DNA of 35,836 bases. It comes from Reclinomonas americana ATCC 50394. Taxonomy: Eukaryota. The notes beneath the pieces were generated by a model. It searched no databases. It was not told the origin of the DNA and saw only the letters and a program-made list of their open reading frames with translations. This document shows positions 25,389 to 35,836 of this stretch, in pieces (position 1 is the stretch's first letter; each line of letters begins with the position of its first letter). Location of the stretch: positions 32,204 through 68,039 of the forward strand of contig PS015499.1 in assembly GCA_048213135.1 (NCBI GenBank). The letters run 5' to 3'. The position numbers and the translations under genes are program-made.

Positions 25389-26946
25389 TTACGTCACCAG
25401 CTCCACGTGCGTTGTCCTCCACATGGTCACCGCCAATCGCACATGCCCCGACAGTGTAATCGGGATCTCGTGAATCACCGAACCGTTGACCTCAAACGTC
25501 AGCAGCTGCTGGCTGGCGTCAACCACGATTCGCAGGGTGTCGCCGTCGTTGGCCAGGCGCACCGAGCGAGGCAGGCTGTGTGGGGTGATGCGGAGTGAGG
25601 AGAGGAGAGAGGGGGTAAAAGGAGGGAAGAGGAGGAGACGCAACGCGCAGGCCGTGCCGTGGTGATAGCACCCGAGGGCGTCGGGCTTGTCGAGAGCGTG
25701 GTCGTCGTCGACCTTGTCGTCGGGGAGGATGCCTGGGGGGAAGGGGGAGAGCGGGGAAGGGGTGAGGAAAGTGAGCGAAGAAACAGGCAACAGAACGACT
25801 CACACAGATACGGAGAGAGTGCACAGCATGACTCAAGCCGCGATGCGCAGGAATCAAGAGAGGAACGGCAGAACAGCTAGGAGCAGAAAGAGGCAGGCGA
25901 GAGTAGGTTCCGATGGCCGCCAAGAACGCAGCATGCGATGGAAACGAGGATGACTCGGAAACGAAGAGTGCATCGCATGGGTCAAGTACAGCGACATACA
26001 GAACAGAAAAAGGACACAGCTATCCAAGGCCACGAAGAAGGCGAGCAGAGGAACACGCACGACCGAGACTGCGACGAGCAGCGCCGGGTGCGGAGAGAAT
26101 GAACCGCTTGCCTAAAGCCGCGATGAACAGGATCCAACGGAGCGATGCATAGACGGAGGAAGACGCACGACGAACAAGCTACCATGACAGAGGATGAAGA
26201 GTACTCGGACAAGGAGAGTGTGGAACACATGCCTCTAGCACAGCGACAAGCAGAAAGAGAAAATAGCTGACTTGGAGACGACCAGAAGACTAGAAAGACG
26301 ACCCACGGCCGCGAAGAACGATGCATCAATGAGCGAGATGCACGACCAGCGATGCATCGCCCTGAGCATGTAAAGGAGCATGCGAGGAGAGGAGGACTCG
26401 GAAGAACAAAAGAGCGATGCACACGTGCAACAAGGAGACACCGGAACAAGTCTCCGGCAATCGCTGACTCGACTCACCAAACAACATGGCATTGTTGCTG
26501 TTCCTGCACTTGCGCAGCGACCACTCCATCACATCATTCCTGCACGCGCATATACACACACACACAGTGTGAGAAGAACAGAGACACAGAGAGTCCGGAA
26601 AAAGCGCAATGACGTAACGATCCCAAGTCGAGCAGTTCATCAGAGACGAGCAACTTGGGTCCGTTGACTGGCAGAAGTGCGTCGTGTGGGCCCAGTGGGA
26701 ACTCAACATTGTGTCTTGCTGCGTGGTCGCGCCAGAAGGTCGCATAGACTGGCACACACACAAGAGTGATGTCAGCATGCATTTTTATACTCTCACGCAT
26801 GCACACACAGAGTGGTGAATGAATGAGTGTGCGTGTGTGTGTGAGAGTGCACAGATGTGTGTGAGTCTCTCATGCGCGCAACTGTGTCGCCGCTTTGATC
26901 CGTATGGGAATCGTTCAATGGTCGGGGCCATGCCTTCGCTCGGCAT
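25389..26946 (-). CDS. Small SPRY/B30.2-like beta-sandwich protein (~175 aa; may extend further 5')
   Basis: Five phase-consistent exons: MPSEGMAPTIERFPYGSKRRH|IYATFWRDHAARHNVEFPLGPHDALLPVNGPKLLVSDELLDLGS|NDVMEWSLRKCRNSNNAMLFG|ILPDDKVDDDHALDKPDALGCYHHGTACA|LPRSVRLANDGDTLRIVVDASQQLLTFEVNGSVIHEIPITLSGHVRLAVTMWRTTHVELVT*. The GD.(I/L)...D.....L.F.VNG and W....MLFGI patterns are SPRY-like. Confidence 0.65.
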
Positions 26947-28417
26947 CTTCTTCTCCGCGTGTGTGTGTAGACCAGTGGCAAGAAGCAGATGAAAAACAGG
27001 TGGGTTGCTGAGGGAGAGGAGAGAAGAAGCGACGGAGGTTGAACGGCTGTGCGGGACATACACAATTGATCCGAGAATGAACTTCGCAGCGGCGGCGTTC
27101 TTTGTTCGGGTACGCGATGCCATTCCATGTACACTTATCCGAGAGGGTTAGGAAGCATTGCCACTGCGCTTCACACAGTGGAATACACACGTGCTCTCTC
27201 GCTTTCTCAGTGCTTCTCGCCTGCCACCTTGCGACCGAATGCTGCACATTGATACACAGTGAGAAGGCACATTGACGACGAGGATCAGCGCGGCAGCAGC
27301 AGTACGCACGAGACGCCTTCTTGTCCTCCTCTGCGAAGCGGCAATGGAAGAGGTGGAGAAGAGTTGAGTTAGCAGCGAGTGGAAACAAGCATCCATCACG
27401 CGAATAAGCTTCAAGGGCCACGTTCTCTTGCTTCAGAGTGCCTCTTCTCTCACGCACAAGCTTCACGAACCAAGTTCTACAGCTCGTGAGATCGTCTCTC
27501 TCTCTCTCTCTCATGCAAAGACACACAAGCGCAAGTTTCACGAGCCACGTTCTCCTGCTGCAGAATGCCTCTCTCAAACACACAATGGCGCACAAGCGCA
27601 AGCGTCAAGACTGCAACAGAGTGCCCATCTCTCACGCAAAGGCACTCAAGCGCAAGCTGTAGGAGCCACGCTCTGTGTCTCTCTCACACACAAACACATC
27701 CGTACGAGGACACACAAGCGCATGCATCTTTCATGCTTCGTCTGTTGCACATGCGTCTGTTGCACATGCGCAAGCTTGCCACGCTCTCCTGCCATACAAT
27801 GCCTCTACCTCTCTCACACAAGGACACACAAACAACACGCACTCAATCGAAACCGAAGCTCAACAGAAANNNNNNNNNNNNNNNNNNNNNNNNNNNNNNN
27901 NNNNNNNNNNNNNNNNNNNNNNNNNNNNNNNNNNNNNNNNNNNNNNNNNNNNNNNNNNNNNNNNNNNNNNNNNNNNNNNNNNNNNNNNNNNNNNNNNNNN
28001 NNNNNNNNNNNNNNNNNNNNNNNNNNNNNNNNNNNNNNNNNNNNNNNNNNNNNNNNNNNNNNNNNNNNNNNNNNNNNNNNNNNNNNNNNNNNNNNNNNNN
28101 NNNNNNNNNNNNNNNNNNNNNNNNNNNNNNNNNNNNNNNNNNNNNNNNNNNNNNNNNNNNNNNNNNNNNNNNNNNNNNNNNNNNNNNNNNNNNNNNNNNN
28201 NNNNNNNNNNNNNNNNNNNNNNNNNNNNNNNNNNNNNNNNNNNNNNNNNNNNNNNNNNNNNNNNNNNNNNNNNNNNNNNNNNNNNNNNNNNNNNNNNNNN
28301 NNNNNNNNNNNNNNNNNNNNNNNNNNNNNNNNNNNNNNNNNNNNNNNNNNNNNNNNNNNNNNNNNNNNNNNNNNNNNNCTCTCTCTCTCTCCTCCTCTCC
28401 TCCTCCTCCTCCTCCTC

Positions 28418-28454
<37 letters not shown>

Positions 28455-28504
28455 CTCCTCTCTCTCTCTCTCTCTCCCTCTCTCTCTCTCACTCACTCAC
28501 TCAC

Positions 28505-28593
28505 CAGACACCGGCAACATCGCAATGCCGACAAACATGGCGGCAAAGCCAATCATGAAGGGGCGGTGGTTGGGGTGACGCGCCTTGCGCATG
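28505..28593 (-). CDS. Probable first exon encoding a basic N-terminus and a single transmembrane segment
   Basis: ATG-initiated MRKARHPNHRPFMIGFAAMFVGIAMLPVS followed by a GTGAGT donor. Could splice to ~27134 (ctaac...ataag|TG TAC ATG GAA TGG, giving VYMEWHRVPEQRTPPLRS) or to exons hidden in gap 27870-28378. Confidence 0.5.
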
Positions 28594-29001
28594 GCAAATG
28601 CCAAGAAACTAACACAGGGAGAAAGGCAAACAAACGAGTGAGCACAGACACGCCATGTTGCACAAAAAAACGCAAGCACACACAAAGAAAGAGAGAGAGG
28701 CGGTGTGCGCATTGCTTTCTCACGTGCGTATACGCAATTGCTCGCGTGCATGCGAGGTGGAACAGAGAGAGAGAGAGCGTGCACACGCGACATCGAAATG
28801 GCCCAACTTGCGAGCGCACGCAAACGCACGCACGCACACGTGTATCGACACACACAGCACCAACATGCAAGAAAGCACGCCTCACCCTTCCTTGTCCATG
28901 CTGCTGTGCTTCAAACGACAAAACGACAGTGTAGTGTGTGTGTGCGGACAATGGACAGTACCCGCGCGCGCAACTGTCCACTTTGGTCACGCACTCTTCA
29001 A

Positions 29002-31705
29002 ATGGCGGGCGTGTCGTGGCAGACGCCAGTGGAGCGCAATCAGGTCAGCTTATGCACACGCACACACACGCGCGTCTCTGTTTCTGCGATGAGAAAAAGA
29101 GTGACTCAACATGTGTTCTCTTAGGATGCCACTGTGTATGTTGGCGGTCTGGAACCGCGTGTGACAGAGGCGATTCTGGGCGAGTTGTTTTTGCAGTGTG
29201 GGCCTGTGGGTGAGTGAAAGAAAGGGGGGCGGACGTGTGTGTGAGTCCAACATGACTTGTCACGCACTTGCGCGAGGAGAGAGCAGTGGGCAAAGTGTGG
29301 GATGCAAGCGTGTTGCATGATTGCAAGGGGGTGCAAGGGAAGAGTGTCACGTTGCATCATGCTGAACTTGCATTTCTCTCTTTTCACGTTCACTGCTCAC
29401 GAAGTCGCTACTGTGCAAGGCTGCTATCACGAAACCTCTTCTCCTATTTCGCCTTCTTCTTGCTTGTGCATCTGCGCAGTCTTTTCACTATCTCTCTCTC
29501 TCTCTCTAGCGATGGCTTGGATAGAGCAGGAGCACTCGTAGAGCCACAACATTGCAAGGATTCTATCACGAACCCTGGTTCTGCCGCACCGCTTCTTGTG
29601 CTTCCTCTTGCTTGTGCCCCTCACGCTCTCTTTCCCTCTTTCTCTCTCTCACTCTCTCNNNNNNNNNNNNNNNNNNNNNNNNNNNNNNNNNNNNNNNNNN
29701 NNNNNNNNNNNNNNNNNNNNNNNNNNNNNNNNNNNNNNNNNNNNNNNNNNNNNNNNNNNNNNNNNNNNNNNNNNNNNNNNNNNNNNNNNNNNNNNNNNNN
29801 NNNNNNNNNNNNNNNNNNNNNNNNNNNNNNNNNNNNNNNNNNNNNNNNNNNNNNNNNNNNNNNNNNNNNNNNNNNNNNNNNNNNNNNNNNNNNNNNNNNN
29901 NNNNNNNNNNNNNNNNNNNNNNNNNNNNNNNNNNNNNNNNNNNNNNNNNNNNNNNNNNNNNNNNNNNNNNNNNNNNNNNNNNNNNNNNNNNNNNNNNNNN
30001 NNNNNNNNNNNNNNNNNNNNNNNNNNNNNNNNNNNNNNNNNNNNNNNNNNNNNNNNNNNNNNNNNNNNNNNNNNNNNNNNNNNNNNNNNNNNNNNNNNNN
30101 NNNNNNNNNNNNNNNNNNNNNNNNNNNNNNNNNNNNNNNNNNNNNNNNNNNNNNNNNNNNNNNNNNNNNNNNNNNNNNNNNNNNNNNNNNCTCTCTCTCT
30201 CTCTCTCTCTCTCGTCTCTCTCTCTCTCTCTCTCTGTCTCTGTCTCTCTCTCTCTCTCTCTCTCTCGCCATAGCATGTACAACAGAGGGCCGCATCGCCC
30301 GCATTTACAGCACAGGAGCACTCGCACGACACTATCACGACATTGCAAGGGAGCTGTCTTGTGTTCTCCATTCTCCTCCACAACTCTTCTTCCGCGTCTT
30401 GTTGCTTGTGTTTTTGCTCTCCCTTTCTCTATTTGCAGCGATAGCTTTCACGAAGCACGAGCACTCACAACAACATACGGCCACCACAGAATAAGAAAAG
30501 CTTCTCGTTTCCTTCTCATTCTCCTTTGTCTCCTCCCTTCCTTCCGCTTTCTCTCCACATGCCGCGCATCTCATGTTGTCCTTCCTTTCCCGTTCCCAGC
30601 CAACGTCTACATCCCAAAGGACCGCGTGTCGGGCGACCACCAGGGCTACGGTTTCGTGGAGTTCAAGTACGAGGAAGACACCGAGTACGCCATGAAGATC
30701 ATGAACATGATCAAGTTGTACGGCAAGCCGATTCGTGTGAACAAGGTGAGCGCGTTGCGCAGGCTGTCACTTGCGCTGCACCTCCACTATGTGTTGCTCC
30801 GTAACCTTACGTCATTTCGGCTTGGCGCTGCTCTCTGTCTCATCACTCTCCATGTCCTAATCCTTTGTGGAGCATCCGCCTCGATACTTTCTTTCTGCGT
30901 CCATCGCAAACTTCAGCCCACCATTGCCCTTCTCCACCTCCCACCATTTCCTTTCACTCCCTCGCCACCCTTTCCCTTCTCTCTCTCCCGCCCTTCTCCC
31001 AACCCCTCCCTCCTACCCTTTCCTATCCCTCACTCTTTTCCCTTCTCTCCCCCTCACCACCCTTTCCCTTCCCTCCTCTCCCTCACCTCTCCTTCCCTTC
31101 TCCACCACTTCCCTCCCTTCTCCTCCCCTTCCCTGTCTCACCCTCACCCTTCTCCTCCTCTTCCCTTCCCCTTTTCAGGCCTCCCAAGACCGCAAGAACC
31201 TCGACGTCGGCGCCAACCTCTTTATCGGCAACCTGGACTCGGACGTCGACGAGAAGATCCTGCACGACACGTTCTCGTCGTTTGGCAACCTCATCAGCAC
31301 GCCAAAGATTGTGCGCGACCCCGACACGGGCAACAGCAAGGGCTTCGGCTTCGTGTCGTTTGACTCGTTCGAGTCGTCGGATGCGGCGCTGGAGACCATG
31401 CACGGGCAGTTTTTGTGCAATCGCCAAATCACCGTCTCGTACGCCTTCAAGAAGGACTCGCGGACGGAGCGACACGGTACCGATGCGGAGCGTCTGTTGG
31501 CCGCCAACAACCCCAATCGCACGCTGCCGCCAAGTCGCGGTGGCATGATGCCGGGTGCCAACATGCAGATGATGCCGACGCCACAGCAGGCCTCCAGCTA
31601 CATTGCTGCGTACGGCATGCCGATGCAACAGCAACAGCAGCAACAGCAGCAGCCACCACCGCCACAAATGGGCCAGGGTGGTCTCATGCAACCGCCCATG
31701 GGTGT
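29002..31705 (+). CDS. SF3B4: Splicing factor 3B subunit 4 (SAP49/Hsh49); C-terminus runs into a 20-N gap
   Basis: [127 protein letters not shown]...[43 protein letters not shown]...[13 protein letters not shown], then a Pro/Gln/Met-rich tail. Two RRMs with diagnostic SF3B4 sequence. Confidence 0.96.
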
Positions 31706-31815
31706 NNNNNNNNNNNNNNNNNNNNCAAAAATAAACTGGCAGTACGGGTATGAGTGCGTTTTCATTCGGAAAGTATGGATACAGTGTGGAGAAGTGGATA
31801 TTATAGAACGCTGCA

Positions 31816-33774
<1,959 letters not shown>

Positions 33775-33894
33775 GGTGTGTGTATGAGGAGGGAGAGAGT
33801 GTGTGTGTGCGCACACTCGCTTCTCTGGCGCACGAGGAGCGGAGAGGCAGCGGTGAGAGGACACGCCGAGATCCCGAGATTCTCGAACGGACCC

Positions 33895-34300
33895 GATTGA
33901 TCATTGAACGTCATCGATCTTTACCAAAGCCCGGGCGTTAACAAGTCAGCATGCATGTCGAAGGTACAATACGCCACCATAGGGTCTGATCATTGAAAGT
34001 CAGCTTTCCCTGCTGCTCAACACACAGTTGCAACACGCCACCATAATTTCATCGATCTTCCCCTGTAGCTAACAAGCCAACATGCATCTCGAAGTTACAA
34101 CACACCACCGTACGGACTGATCATTGAAAGTCATCTTTCCCTGCTGCGTTAGCAAGTTGCAACATACCATGATCCGTTCGTTAACAAGTCAGCCTACTTC
34201 CTACAGTTATCATCATTGAAAGTCGTTGATCTTTTCTCCCATACCATGGCCCGTTCGTTAACAAGTCAACATACACCCTTACAGTTACAACACACCCCAT
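33895..34300. repeat. Degenerate intergenic tandem repeat upstream of TDH
   Basis: (g)atcattgaa(a/c)gtc x4, taacaag(t/c)ca x4, (g)tt(a/g)caacac.ccacc and catgcat.tcgaag recur with a period of about 90-130 bp. Confidence 0.8.
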
Positions 34301-34308
34301 ACACGCTG

Positions 34309-35347
34309 TTACGTGGCCAGGGCCTTGTACTCGGCCTGCGACCGCGCAATGCGCTCCTGCAGCAGCCGAATGATTGGATCGTCGCCGCCGCCATTCGCGG
34401 CCGCATCGACGTGACTCGCCGCAGCAACATTCGGCGTCTGTCTGCTACGTGCATTCGACGCCGGTTGTGCACGGGCGGCAGCGGCTGCGGCTGGCCTTTT
34501 TCGTGCCTCGACAGGCTTGCGTTTCCATGGGACCGCACCAAACATTAATGAGGAGGTCGGTGCAGGCGCTGCGCTCTCGACTCCGCCGCGACGGCATGTT
34601 CCCAGCAGTACGTACTCGAAGCCGTCCATGTTGGAGAAGAACGACGCCACCACCTGATCCAGCACCGGCCGCACTACGCCAGTGGCCGCGGTGCCTGGTC
34701 GCGAACTCGCCGGTGAGCCAGAACTCCATGGCCGCGACTCGGCCGTGGGGCATCGACTAATCTCCAGCGTCAGCGATGGTCGAGCGTGACTGCCGCTGCT
34801 CAACGGGCGACCCGACCGCGACGACAATGGTGGAGTCTGCATAACAAACACAGGACAATGAGCACGCATCATCGCTTTGCGAGCGAAGCAAAAGTGGCTG
34901 ACCTTGGGCGGCGTCCGTGTACCACTCTCCGAGACCATCAGTCGCATCGGTACAAAGAAGGTGGGCGTGGTTGGTGTCGGGGTGATGGAGCGCATGTCGT
35001 CGGCTTCAGCAGCGGCTGCGGTCGGCGCGCCCGCCGAGTCCTCGCTCTCCAACCACATGACACCAACGGCCTTGCGCTTCGGTACCGCTGTCGATGCGGC
35101 AGCCGCCGACGCCGCCGATACCGCAACGTCGCTCGCGTCACCGCGTGCCGCATGTGGCCCCGGAGCGTTGCTGGAGGGCACGTGCGAAAAATCGAGACGC
35201 GGCACCGAGTCGGCCACCAACGCCACTTCGACAGGGGCCGTCGGCACGCGATTGGTCGACACTGGAGGCGATGGCGATCGTGATACGGTGGTAGGTGCGG
35301 CAGTGGGGGTCTCCGTGGTACCGTCGGAGGCCAGGCCATGGCGGCGT
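34309..35347 (-). CDS. 3' exons of an uncharacterised Ser/Pro/Ala-rich protein with a short C-terminal helix; gene begins further right
   Basis: Acceptor ttttttcag at ~35348, then RRHGLASDGTTETPTAAP...SGTRTPPK, an intron (gtcagc...cag, ~34838-34903), then TPPLSSRSGRP...LDQVVASFFSNMDGFEYVLLG...DPIIRLLQERIARSQAEYKALAT*. No family recognised. Confidence 0.6.
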
Positions 35348-35669
35348 CTGAAAAAAGGGAGAACGGATGAGAGGGGGCGAGAGGGAGGGAGAAGATGAGC
35401 AAGGGATGCGAAGATTGTGCAGAGAGAGCAGAGGAGCGGTGCAGATTGTGCAAAGCAAGGAGGGAAGGCAAGCAGCAACGAGGTGTTGGCAGCCCAACAG
35501 AGCGCACCAGCAGCACTGAGGTCAGGAGACAGGTCGTGGAAAGTGAAAAAAGAAACGGAAATGACCAGGTGAGTCAAGGGTGCGCAGTTGGTGAAAGAGA
35601 AGACGGATACGGAAGAGGTGCACGTCCAACGTGGGCTGTCCACAATGCGTGCGCCATTTACAAAACATC

Positions 35670-35673
<4 letters not shown>

Positions 35674-35729
<56 letters not shown>

Positions 35730-35732
35730 GAC

Positions 35733-35765
<33 letters not shown>
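35674..35765. repeat. (GA)n microsatellite at window end
   Basis: Direct observation. Confidence 0.95.
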
Positions 35766-35769
<4 letters not shown>

Positions 35770-35836
35770 GTACGACGTACGTCGTACGGTACGTACGACG
35801 ACGACGTACGTACGTAGTAAGTAACGTAACGTAACG

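Noticed and set aside
35725..35836. tacgtacgacgtacg... tail at the window end, superficially telomere- or satellite-like
   Set aside because: Same TACG flow-order artefact after a microsatellite, with no constant repeat unit.

Overview
Gene-dense, intron-rich (GT-AG, mostly 45-90 nt introns, standard genetic code) nuclear DNA from a GC-rich microbial eukaryote, probably flagellated. It is a draft assembly with seven N-gaps and TACG-type read-end artefacts, and the six-frame ORF track is largely uninformative because the genes are spliced. Manual splicing gives about 12 genes. In order: CSN1/GPS1 (-, 5' part) head-to-head with exportin-5 (+, runs into a gap); an unknown secreted acidic/Ala-Lys helical protein (-); a multi-EF-hand CFAP115/EFCAB6-like protein (-) head-to-head with a Lys-tailed WD40 protein (+); a WD40+FN3-like protein (+); WDR5 (+); a small SPRY-like protein and a possible TM exon (-) head-to-head with SF3B4 (+); mitochondrial L-threonine 3-dehydrogenase (-); and the 3' part of an unknown low-complexity protein (-). 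The most unusual signal is a recurrent atypical 5' splice donor, GTTGCG(T), required by reading frame in 11 of roughly 70 inferred introns. Also notable are intron-private degenerate tandem repeats and an all-phase-0 micro-exon gene. No prokaryotic-type system, CRISPR array, RNA gene or transposase was found.
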